Assembly: GCA_049314435.1 (NCBI GenBank)
Contig: JBMOFD010000024.1
Location: 1 to 24,829 of the forward strand
Direction of reading: 5' to 3'
DNA: 24,829 nt
Source: Chlamydiia bacterium
Lineage (GTDB): Bacteria > Chlamydiota > Chlamydiia > Chlamydiales > JBMOFD01
In this document: in pieces, positions 1 through 7,883 of the stretch
Numbering within the stretch: position 1 is the stretch's first letter
How the letters are laid out: every line of letters begins with the position of its first letter
The notes under the pieces: generated by a model
The model's database searches: none
Seen by the model: only the letters and a program-made list of their open reading frames with translations
Told to the model about the DNA's origin: nothing
Program-made: the position numbers and the translations under genes

Positions 1-8
1 GTTAGGTT

Positions 9-254
9 ATGTATAACTTTGATGAGGTTTGGAAGAGCGGATGGAAGACAGCTGGCGCTGCAGGCTGTGCCGCCTCTTCTTTGGTCATGGGACCTTTAGC
101 GGCCGTCCTGTTTGCGAAAAAGGCATTGACCCTCAGCTACGCCCTCTCTACAGGCCTCGCTGCATCCATAGGGTTCGGCGCTCTGCTGGCACCTGTAGCA
201 CTGGGAATCTACTGCTCCAGCGCCATCAAGGCAAAATTGGCCAACGCAATCTAA
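9..254 (+). CDS. Small hydrophobic membrane protein, Inc-like (81 aa)
   Basis: AGGT just upstream of the ATG; Ala/Gly/Leu-rich hydrophobic segments (LVMGPLAAVLFA; LAASIGFGALLAPVALGIYC); stop overlaps the convergent dapF-like stop by 4 nt. Upstream context is cut by the window edge. Confidence 0.55.
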   Translation: MYNFDEVWKSGWKTAGAAGCAASSLVMGPLAAVLFAKKALTLSYALSTGLAASIGFGALLAPVALGIYCSSAIKAKLANAI

Positions 255-1150
255 ACCAGGTGAGGATCTGGACTTGGAAGAGCTACCGTCGGTAGCTCCT
301 CCGGGTCCCAGAGGCCCTCCATCACTCCCCGAAAGACTCTGATTGCCGGAGCCTTTTGATACACTTTTTCTTCAGACCACCATGAGATTAGGATGCCACC
401 CGGCATCTGAAGTCTTACCCTCTGTCCTTCCTGGATCATGCCCACTTCTCTCAAAACGCTCATTGCCGCCGCACACCCAGACCCACTGGAAAGCGTCGGA
501 CCACACCCTCTTTCAAACAGAAATAGCTCCCATGAAGTCGGCGCGTCGTCCGACCGTCGGGTCAGAAACTCCACATTGGTCCCGTGGGGAAAGTCCTCAT
601 GATGTTGAAGTGCTGTCCCGATCCGCATTATAGCCTCCCGATCATATGGCCCGATCAGCACAAAATGTGGATTGCCCACGTCTACACACCAACCCTGCAG
701 AGTTTCACCTCCCAACTGAACGGTGCGTGGCCCCAAACATCGCACATCGGGAACAACGAGGGCCGGCTCGGCGGACTCACCGGTGTTGAACCTGGAGGCC
801 TCCAGTCGATAGTCCACCCCACCCATGCGAATCACGTGATCACCACGTGCCGTTTCTTCCATCACGTAGGCCAGACCACAGCGCACCCCATTCAAACACT
901 TTTCCGCACGAGCTCCGTCGGCATTGAACATCGACATCTCGCAGCTCAGCCCACCCTGGGCTGAGCTGCCGAGGACGAGGATCCCATCCCCACCCACGCC
1001 AAAGTGCCGATGACAGACTTGTCGAACCCAAGCGCTCCACTCGGGAAGCCGCTCCAGCGCAGCTAGCTTCTCTATCGGTTCCTCTCGCCAATCCAGCAGG
1101 ATCAGGTCGTTACCCAGGCTCTGCACCTTGTAGAATGTGAGGTCATGCAT
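251..1150 (-). CDS. dapF: Diaminopimelate epimerase-family (DapF-like) PLP-independent amino-acid epimerase, atypical active site
   Basis: Motifs SLGND, RHFGVGGDG, FNADG-x4-CLNGVRC, VDVGNPH, FPHGTNVEF, ERG-x-G-x-TLSSGSG, LQMPGG. The second catalytic Cys position is Ser222. Confidence 0.85.
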   Translation of the reverse strand: MHDLTFYKVQSLGNDLILLDWREEPIEKLAALERLPEWSAWVRQVCHRHFGVGGDGILVLGSSAQGGLSCEMSMFNADGARAEKCLNGVRCGLAYVMEETARGDHVIRMGGVDYRLEASRFNTGESAEPALVVPDVRCLGPRTVQLGGETLQGWCVDVGNPHFVLIGPYDREAIMRIGTALQHHEDFPHGTNVEFLTRRSDDAPTSWELFLFERGCGPTLSSGSGCAAAMSVLREVGMIQEGQRVRLQMPGGILISWWSEEKVYQKAPAIRVFRGVMEGLWDPEELPTVALPSPDPHLV

Positions 1151-2108
1151 GCTGCTCTACCGTTGCCATGCGGCTCTCCTCTTCAAAGACCTTACTCAGG
1201 TAGGCCCTACCTGAATCAGCAAACAGGACCACCATGAGGTGGTCACTGTTCAGCCCTACTGCATGCTCTAGGGCAGCATGCATGACAGCTCCACTCGAGA
1301 TCCCCACTAGATATCCGCAACGCGCCAGGCGCCGCGTCGAGGCAAAAGCCTCCTCGTCCTGCACAGGGACAACCTGGTCGATGACGTTGAGATCCAGATT
1401 GTCCGAAAGAACGTCTACACCAATCCCCTCTGCTCGATAGAGCTGTGGACGCCCTGAAGTTGATAGGAAGGAGTTGGCGGCATCCACACCAATGATCTGG
1501 ATCGCCCGATTGCGCTCTTTGAGATACCGACCAATGCCTGTGACCGAACCACAGCTTCCCATACCCAACACACAGTGGGTCACACGACCTTCTGTCTGAC
1601 TCCAGATCTCTGGTCCAGTTGTCTGATAATGCGCGGCTGCATTGGCCGTGTTGAAGTACTGATTCGGCCTCCATGCACCAGGGATTTCCTGCGCCAGACG
1701 CCCAGCCAGCGCGTGGTACCCCTCTGGATGGTCTAGCTCTTCCATTTCAGGACAAACATGCACATGAGCTCCATATGCACGCATCGTAGCCAACTTCTCT
1801 CGACTGGTCCGCTGTGGGCAGCAGATGACGACAGAGTATCCCTTTAGAGCACCGATCATGGCCAAGGCAATACCCTGATTGCCCGAGGAGGCCTCCACAA
1901 TAGTCCCATGCTCGGCCAGGAGGCCCAACCGCTCCGCTTCCTCCACCATGTAGAGGGCCGCCCGGTCTTTGAGGCTTCCGCCTGGGTTGAGATACTCGAG
2001 CTTGGCATAGATCTGCACCGGCAATTCGGTAGAAAGGCGAACTAGAGGCGTCTGCCCGATCGCTGCTAATAGGTTGGCTGAAGATGCTGGGATGGCTCGC
2101 GTAGTCAT
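1143..2108 (-). CDS. PLP-dependent cysteine synthase / cystathionine beta-synthase family protein (fold type II)
   Basis: IGQTPLVRL, KLEYLNPGGSLKDR (PLP Lys47), EASSGNQG, NQYFN-x-AN-x3-HY-x-TTGPEIW, GMGSCGS, AEGIG, GISSGA, DSGRAYLSK. 8-nt overlap with the dapF-like start. Confidence 0.92.
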   Translation of the reverse strand: MTTRAIPASSANLLAAIGQTPLVRLSTELPVQIYAKLEYLNPGGSLKDRAALYMVEEAERLGLLAEHGTIVEASSGNQGIALAMIGALKGYSVVICCPQRTSREKLATMRAYGAHVHVCPEMEELDHPEGYHALAGRLAQEIPGAWRPNQYFNTANAAAHYQTTGPEIWSQTEGRVTHCVLGMGSCGSVTGIGRYLKERNRAIQIIGVDAANSFLSTSGRPQLYRAEGIGVDVLSDNLDLNVIDQVVPVQDEEAFASTRRLARCGYLVGISSGAVMHAALEHAVGLNSDHLMVVLFADSGRAYLSKVFEEESRMATVEQHA

Positions 2109-2324
2109 AGCTCAGGCTCCCTGAGAGCGGGATCCTCCTGTCCTGAGTCTAGGATTCTTCCTCGAGGAGCTCAATGGAGGAATGCAACTCTCGAAGGCTA
2201 GGTTCTCTAGTTGCATTCGGGAGCATTTCCAATCCCATGGTTTTTTTTGCCACCTGCTATGCTCTGTGTACCGCGGTCGCCGCGACAGAGTCGGCTGGTT
2301 GGACCATACACCTCTGGAGAGGCC

Positions 2325-2765
2325 ATGTCTCAAGCATCTGCAAAACCTCGGGATCGCCACATCCTTGGCCCCGGTGCAGTCTGTGGAGTTGGCATCGACG
2401 TGATCGAGATCGACCGCATCCGTGCGGCTTGGAAGCGTCACGGCGATCGTTTCCTGTCCAAGATCTTCTGCCCCGAAGAACTGGACTACTGCCTGACACG
2501 CAAGGATCCTGCTCCGCACCTGGCAGCACGATGGGCGGCTAAAGAGGCCATTGTAAAGGCATTAGGCACTGGCTTTGGGCCCGATGTGGGGTTTCAGGAC
2601 CTCTGGATCCAACGTGATCCGTCAGGGAAGCCCCTTGTACAGGTCAGTGATCGCTTCCGCATCCGATATGGCAATCCAAATTTCCTCATCTCACTGAGTC
2701 ATTGCACAGTGACCGCCACGGCTGTGGCACTCTATCTAGGAGATGCATTGGGACAAAACCAATAG
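2325..2765 (+). CDS. acpS: Holo-[acyl-carrier-protein] synthase
   Basis: GIDVIEIDRI, LAARWAAKEAIVKALGTG, SGKP, ISLSH motifs. Start moved to ATG 2325 because GGAGAGG lies at 2316-2322; the track's 2211 start is probably too long. Confidence 0.95.
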   Translation: MSQASAKPRDRHILGPGAVCGVGIDVIEIDRIRAAWKRHGDRFLSKIFCPEELDYCLTRKDPAPHLAARWAAKEAIVKALGTGFGPDVGFQDLWIQRDPSGKPLVQVSDRFRIRYGNPNFLISLSHCTVTATAVALYLGDALGQNQ

Positions 2766-2801
2766 GTCTCTATACTCCGCCCATCCGTTCTAGGTTCCCT
2801 C

Positions 2802-4616
2802 ATGTCCTCCCCTCTCTTCACCGAATGCATGCGCCTCCTTCGACAACACGAATTCTCGAAGTTGCATCACCTCAATCCTGAGCACGTTGAAAGCCAGCTC
2901 GCAGACACAGAAAAAATGACCTTGGCCAAGGAATGCCATCTAGTGGGGGTCACCCTCCCCTATCGAGCGGCAACGGTCGGTGACGCCATCTGGGCGCTGC
3001 AGCTGAGCACCTATTTAGCTCCTAAAGAGCCCACTTATTGGAGGGCCCTGGCAAGAGCCTGGCATGTAAGCGGTCGTACCAGTGGCGAACCACTAGATTT
3101 TCAACATGCCCTCAAGTGCTATGAACACCTGCAGAGTCTCAAAGGCATGGCCAGCGAGGATTGGTCCGAGCTGGGGCGCATTCTACAAGTGATGGGTCGT
3201 TCGACAGGAGATAGACTATGGGTAGAGCGCAGCCTCCACGCCTTTCGCTCTGCGCTAGAAAAGGCTGAGAGTCCGGAGCCGGAGCTCGGACGCGCCTGGC
3301 TTGGTCTTGCCCATTCAGCCCTTCTCCTGTTTGAGCTCTCTGGCGTGGTCTCCAGCCTGCAAGAGGCCTTAGACGCCTACCATGAAGCGGTCCAGCACGA
3401 TCCATTGAACCCCCAGGTATGGGTAGAGTCGGCGCAGCTGCATTGGATTGCTGGCGCTGCTTTGCGGGAACGCCGGCTCCGCGACTTGGCTTTACAACAG
3501 ATCCAGCGTGCGGTCGAGATCGCACCTGATCATATTCGGGCCCGCTGCTGGGCGGTACAGCTTCATGGCACCTATGGGGTTGAACGAGATGACCTCTCGA
3601 GCCTGTCTGAGAGCCAGCGCCATCTTGCCTGGCTGGAGACCCATGCCCCGGATCATCCTGGAACAGCGCTTGCTAGCGGGGTGTATCTCGAGTCACGAGC
3701 ACGCTACTTTGAGGATGACGAGCCATTAGAGCAGGCAATTGCTGCCTATAAAAAGGCGTGTGAGCGCTCACCTTCCGATCCTCAGGCTTGGATGGAGTTG
3801 GCAGCTGCCACTTACCTCCTCGCTGACGTGCGACACGATGTAGCGCTATTAGAGTTAGGTCTACAAGCAATAGAACGGGCACATGCCCTCCGCCCTTGGC
3901 ACATGGAGACTCTGCGTCAACTAAGTGTTGGCTTGATACGCCTCGGACAAGCCTCCAGATCTCAAGAGACTCTGGAGCGAGCGATTGCCATCCTAGAAGG
4001 GATCCTCACCAAACACGACGATTCCTCTGGCCCCTCCGAGTGGCGCTACCATTTGGGATGCGCCTATGACTTCCTCGGCGAGATCACGCTGGATGTGCGC
4101 CACTTTGAGAAGGCCGTAGAGTGGCTCCAAGCCGCCTATCAGTCCGACAGCAAGAAGCCAGGCTGGCGACTCAACTTGGCCCAGTCCCTCATCCACTATG
4201 GAGAGGTCAGTGGTCAGATCGAGCCGATGATGCTGGCTCTTGAACACCTGCAAGCCGTCTCTCAAGTAGAGTCTGAAGCCCCCATTGTTTGGCTAGAATG
4301 GGGCCAGGCACTGCTTAGCCTTGCTGACATGATGCATGACCCAGCACAGATGGATCTTCATGGGCTCCTTCTTAGAGAGGCCGAGGAGAAGCTCATGCGG
4401 GCGGCCCAGTTGGGCGAGGGCGTCGCCAATTTCTTCCTGGGTTGTTGCTATAGCTTGGCACAGCAACCTCAACTCGCGCTCGATGCTCTATTAAAGGCCC
4501 AGCAACTGCGCGCACTGCCTCCTCTACAGGAACTCGTCCAGCACGACTGGCTAAGCGCCTTGCAGGGCGAGCCCGGCTTCCAGCAGCTGTTGGTTGAACT
4601 AGACGACCAGGCCTGA
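2802..4616 (+). CDS. Tetratricopeptide-repeat protein (604 aa)
   Basis: Repeated helical units (A..AY..A...P, W..LG, YHLGCAY); C-terminal FFLGCCYSL...DWLSALQGEPGFQQL cap typical of TPR end-of-group domains; follows acpS by 36 nt. Confidence 0.8.
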   Translation: MSSPLFTECMRLLRQHEFSKLHHLNPEHVESQLADTEKMTLAKECHLVGVTLPYRAATVGDAIWALQLSTYLAPKEPTYWRALARAWHVSGRTSGEPLDFQHALKCYEHLQSLKGMASEDWSELGRILQVMGRSTGDRLWVERSLHAFRSALEKAESPEPELGRAWLGLAHSALLLFELSGVVSSLQEALDAYHEAVQHDPLNPQVWVESAQLHWIAGAALRERRLRDLALQQIQRAVEIAPDHIRARCWAVQLHGTYGVERDDLSSLSESQRHLAWLETHAPDHPGTALASGVYLESRARYFEDDEPLEQAIAAYKKACERSPSDPQAWMELAAATYLLADVRHDVALLELGLQAIERAHALRPWHMETLRQLSVGLIRLGQASRSQETLERAIAILEGILTKHDDSSGPSEWRYHLGCAYDFLGEITLDVRHFEKAVEWLQAAYQSDSKKPGWRLNLAQSLIHYGEVSGQIEPMMLALEHLQAVSQVESEAPIVWLEWGQALLSLADMMHDPAQMDLHGLLLREAEEKLMRAAQLGEGVANFFLGCCYSLAQQPQLALDALLKAQQLRALPPLQELVQHDWLSALQGEPGFQQLLVELDDQA

Positions 4617-4643
4617 GCAAGAGCCAAACACACCCTCTCTATA

Positions 4644-4666
4644 GGTCCCGCGCTCTCAGCGGGACC
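4644..4666 (+). terminator. GC-rich hairpin downstream of the TPR gene, possible terminator
   Basis: GGTCCCGC-7 nt loop-GCGGGACC perfect 8-bp stem; no clear U-tract. Confidence 0.45.
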
Positions 4667-4680
4667 ACATGCATATGTAA

Positions 4681-4784
4681 CTAAATTATTAACTAATCAG
4701 AACGCCTCCCCGGCCGCCGTACTTAAATTATTTAACAAAGAACATATCGACCGCATTGTTTATAATAACCATCAACTCGAGGTG
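4681..4784 (+). promoter_or_regulatory. AT-rich promoter region of the Inc-like gene pair
   Basis: Perfect TATAAT at 4761-4766; RBS GAGGTG at 4779-4784; near-direct repeat TAAATTATT(T)AAC at 4682-4693 and 4724-4736; no canonical -35 at 17 bp. Confidence 0.5.
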
Positions 4785-4787
4785 TTT

Positions 4788-5417
4788 ATGATCTCTTTTA
4801 ATCAAAATGGACTCAATGAATGTGCCTGCCGCGGCATCAGAGATGTTTGGCAGAACAAGACGACCGTGGCGATCGGGGCAGGTGTAGCTGGCTGTGTAGG
4901 CGCATTCTTCTTCGGTGCAGCTCTGTTGCCGCTCACGGCTGGAGCCCTGGTCTATACGACTCTGAATTCCATTGGCGATCGCATCATCAAGGCGATCCCG
5001 GACGTGACATCTGTAGAGCAAATACCTTCGTTCCTTCAGACCCACAAGAAGGCGACCTCGGTGGCGCTCATGGCTCTCGCGATGACAGCGGGTGTGGTTG
5101 TCTACTGCGCCTTAGGCGGTGCGAGTTTCGCGCTAGGGCCCGTGGTAATCGCCTCAGTAATCTGCGCTACACTCGACAAGCTTCTGGGCCCCAAACTCTG
5201 GAAGTTCGTGCAGGATCGGTTGCAGCTCAATCAGCGGGAATCCCCTGCAGTGGAACAGCTCTCGAAAGTCGCCTCGCTCTATGCAGGCCGGCTCATGGTC
5301 TCGGCAGTTCTCTTTTCAGTAGGCACGGGTCTAGGCGCGGCTGCGTTGGCTACATGGGCTCTATGTATGAGTCGTGGATTAGCTGGCGCTCTGCAGGAAA
5401 ATGTCAAGAGTCTGTAA
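4788..5417 (+). CDS. Multi-hairpin hydrophobic membrane protein, Inc-like (paralog 1)
   Basis: Three long bilobed hydrophobic segments separated by polar linkers; ATG 4788 follows GAGGTG (the track starts at GTG 4782). Confidence 0.7.
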   Translation: MISFNQNGLNECACRGIRDVWQNKTTVAIGAGVAGCVGAFFFGAALLPLTAGALVYTTLNSIGDRIIKAIPDVTSVEQIPSFLQTHKKATSVALMALAMTAGVVVYCALGGASFALGPVVIASVICATLDKLLGPKLWKFVQDRLQLNQRESPAVEQLSKVASLYAGRLMVSAVLFSVGTGLGAAALATWALCMSRGLAGALQENVKSL

Positions 5418-5450
5418 ACTAACCTAAACCAGAAATGAATGGGTATTGAG

Positions 5451-6206
5451 ATGGCATCACCTGTGGGATTTACGAGTTGGCAAACGCAGAGCCAGATGCT
5501 CGTCAAATCGGCCTGCTCCGGTGCAGTGAGTTACGGCCTGCTGGGGACGGCCTTTTTCCCGGTCGCATTTGGAGTGCTTGTCGGTGCAGAGGCCGCCTCA
5601 CTAGGGTTTCGTTTCTCTAGAGGGCTCTTCGACTATTATTTTGACTCCTACAAAATCGACGCGCAAAGTAAAGCGATTGCGGCACTGAGAACACTGCCCG
5701 CGGGAGTGAGGGTCCTCGATGACCGCTTCTTGCCAATATGGGTAAGAGCGCTTCAAGCCACGACCCATGCCGTAGTCCACGCCTCCGCCATGACGCTCGG
5801 GATGGGTTGGTGCGCTGCGTTGAGTGGACTTAGCATTAGCCTTGGCCCGGTCGTGGCGGCTTCTCTCGTGATAGCCACGCTAAGCAGCCTGGTCGATGAA
5901 CTGGTGAAGGAACTGCGCGGCAGATACCCCGCGCTGAATATATGTTTAGACAGGGAACCGTCAAAACGATCCCGGAAGTCGATTGCTCTTCACGAGGCCT
6001 CGAATCATTTGAGTACGGCTGTATTTACCGCTCTTCTTCTGCTAACTCCTAGGGGGAACCTATCCCCTACCTCTGCTGCCGTGATGGCCTTCGAAGTCAC
6101 CGCCTGTCTGGGCCTCCTGCTGAGGGGAGCTCTCCTCACAACCGTAAAGTGCGCCCAAGCAGATTCTCTGTGCGCTCCACCCGAGACCCATCAGGCCGCT
6201 AGCTAA
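5451..6206 (+). CDS. Multi-hairpin hydrophobic membrane protein, Inc-like (paralog 2)
   Basis: Same three-hairpin layout; shares AMT-x-G...S-x2-LGPVV-x-AS-x3-ATL with the upstream gene. Start is 5439 or 5451. Confidence 0.7.
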   Translation: MASPVGFTSWQTQSQMLVKSACSGAVSYGLLGTAFFPVAFGVLVGAEAASLGFRFSRGLFDYYFDSYKIDAQSKAIAALRTLPAGVRVLDDRFLPIWVRALQATTHAVVHASAMTLGMGWCAALSGLSISLGPVVAASLVIATLSSLVDELVKELRGRYPALNICLDREPSKRSRKSIALHEASNHLSTAVFTALLLLTPRGNLSPTSAAVMAFEVTACLGLLLRGALLTTVKCAQADSLCAPPETHQAAS

Positions 6207-7386
6207 CTATGGGCTCGTTGGGGACTCCTTTGCGGAGTCCTGTGGTCTGAGTTCTCTTTCTCATGGCCGTGACCAGCAAGGCTCCAGCCACCGATAGGGA
6301 GATCACGATCAGCACTTGAACGAGATCTCCAGGCAGCGTCACTGCACCCCATTCGTTCTTGATCAGGCCCCGTACCGGATCCCAGACTTGGTTCAGCGAA
6401 CGCCATGGCCAGAGCACATGAATGCCTCCGCACATAGCTCCAACCAGAACGGCCATGGTCTCAGCGCTCCACCGTTCCCACACCCAGCGCAGCACTACCC
6501 CAAAGAACATCGCTCCTAGAAGAAGTCCGCATGCTACCTGAGCCAGCATCCACCAGGCGTCGACATCGAAGTGGCCATGCAATAGACCCAGAACACCTCG
6601 ATCCATCGCATCGAGGAGATTCTCATACTTCCCGCTGAGCTGGAGAACATAGGTCCCGCTGATCCCAGGCAAAAGCATGGCACAGATCGCCGCGGCCGAG
6701 GCCCCGATGAGATACGGATCAAACTGAGCGCCACCCTGATGACTCCACTCCCCTACCGAGTGCTCCATCTCATCACCGAGAGCTCTCACTCGCGTTTCTG
6801 GTGAGATCTTCTGCTGGTATAGCAAGGTCACTACCTGATGGCGATGGAGGCCTCGCACCCATCCGTCGTGTAGATTTTCCGCTAGGACGCCCTGTGGGCC
6901 CTGCATGTGCAACTCCCAGGCGCCCTTCGCTACGCTTGGCGCCTGGAGAGAGCCACCCCATCCGATCATGACGCCCAGAAGCAACAGTAGAAAGGTGCGG
7001 ACACCGCGCCACTGTATCCACTGGAAGCAGAACCGAATCGACCCAACCATGAGGCCAAGAAAAAGAGCCATGAGGAGCGGTCGTCCCCACGCAGATTGAA
7101 GCAGCCATTGGATCGGTTTCAACATGGTGAGGATGCCCAGAGCCATCCCAACTACAATGGGCAGGAGGATCAAGAGGGCTTGAAAGAGCCTCTTAGCTAC
7201 GCCTTGCTCTCTGCGGAGCCAACCCCACAGTGAAGCTGCACTCTCTGCGAGAGCCTCTGAAAGTGGCTCATAGACACCTGTGAGGAAGGCGATTGTACCA
7301 CCGGAGATGCCGGGGATCATGTCGGCGATCCCCATGGCAAGTCCCCTAATGAAGAGCGCCCAACCCCTCAAAACCACTCCATCCAA
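6199..7386 (-). CDS. DUF368 family membrane protein (undecaprenyl-phosphate translocase family)
   Basis: Two signature re-entrant motifs GLAMGIADMIPGISGGTIAFLTGVYE and AICAMLLPGISGTYVLQLSGKY; late LWPW motif; start overlaps the upstream HTH gene. Confidence 0.9.
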   Translation of the reverse strand: MDGVVLRGWALFIRGLAMGIADMIPGISGGTIAFLTGVYEPLSEALAESAASLWGWLRREQGVAKRLFQALLILLPIVVGMALGILTMLKPIQWLLQSAWGRPLLMALFLGLMVGSIRFCFQWIQWRGVRTFLLLLLGVMIGWGGSLQAPSVAKGAWELHMQGPQGVLAENLHDGWVRGLHRHQVVTLLYQQKISPETRVRALGDEMEHSVGEWSHQGGAQFDPYLIGASAAAICAMLLPGISGTYVLQLSGKYENLLDAMDRGVLGLLHGHFDVDAWWMLAQVACGLLLGAMFFGVVLRWVWERWSAETMAVLVGAMCGGIHVLWPWRSLNQVWDPVRGLIKNEWGAVTLPGDLVQVLIVISLSVAGALLVTAMRKRTQTTGLRKGVPNEPIVS

Positions 7387-7772
7387 TTCCCGATGAGATA
7401 GCAGACGACAGCAACACCAAATACACCCGCCACGATGAGCCAGTTAGGGATGACGCGTACGCCCCCGTTAGGAGCCCCCCTCATCTCTAATGTGCCAATG
7501 CCGTAGACAAACTCTGCTCTGATAGGACAGATCTGAAAGATCTGAGGGAACTGCCCCGCCAGAGTCTCCATGTCGAGTCCCAAGAACTGCGCATATTGTC
7601 TCATGAAGCCATTGACATAGATGGGCGAAATCGAACCCTCGATCTGTCCAGTCTCAATCGCCTGTAGATAGGCCAATCGAATCGACGTCGCCTTCTCCAC
7701 ATCGCGCAGGGTGAGTCCCCTCTGCTCGCGATACGTACGAAGAAATTCACCACAATGGGACAGTGCGTCCAT
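7368..7772 (-). CDS. rodZ: RodZ-like HTH (XRE-type) protein with C-terminal TM helix
   Basis: GEFLRTYREQRGLTLRDVEKATSIRLAYLQAIETG...YVNGFMRQYAQFLGLD is the RodZ HTH signature; single C-terminal TM and no periplasmic domain, like short chlamydial RodZ next to rnhC; RBS GGGGAG before ATG 7772. Confidence 0.8.
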   Translation of the reverse strand: MDALSHCGEFLRTYREQRGLTLRDVEKATSIRLAYLQAIETGQIEGSISPIYVNGFMRQYAQFLGLDMETLAGQFPQIFQICPIRAEFVYGIGTLEMRGAPNGGVRVIPNWLIVAGVFGVAVVCYLIGNWMEWF

Positions 7773-7883
7773 TGCTCCCCCTTCTGCCACTAAGGGCTCA
7801 CTCTACCACAGCCTCTTGAGGATCGGCTAGTGTTCTACAAGAGAGCTCGGAACTTGTGCGTCGCATCTCGGCTCCCGGGCTAT

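Noticed and set aside
2111..2125. Hairpin CTCAGG-CTC-CCTGAG over the RBS region of the PLP enzyme, possible riboswitch
   Set aside because: Only a 6-bp stem; no SAM, T-box or lysine riboswitch consensus recognised.
2112..2542. Several overlapping ORFs (135, 122, 73, 90 aa) around the acpS start, and the long 2211 start
   Set aside because: No recognisable motifs; they overlap acpS and the divergent promoter region; the RBS supports ATG 2325.
4820..5422. 200-aa alternative-frame ORF overlapping the first Inc-like gene
   Set aside because: Arg/Ser-rich composition with no motif or RBS; expected shadow of an Ala/Val/Leu-rich GC-rich frame.
251..5432. CTAAACCAG at 251-259 and 5424-5432, each near the end of a hydrophobic ORF
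   Set aside because: A 9-bp match is plausible by chance in 25 kb, and the first copy is dapF-like coding sequence.
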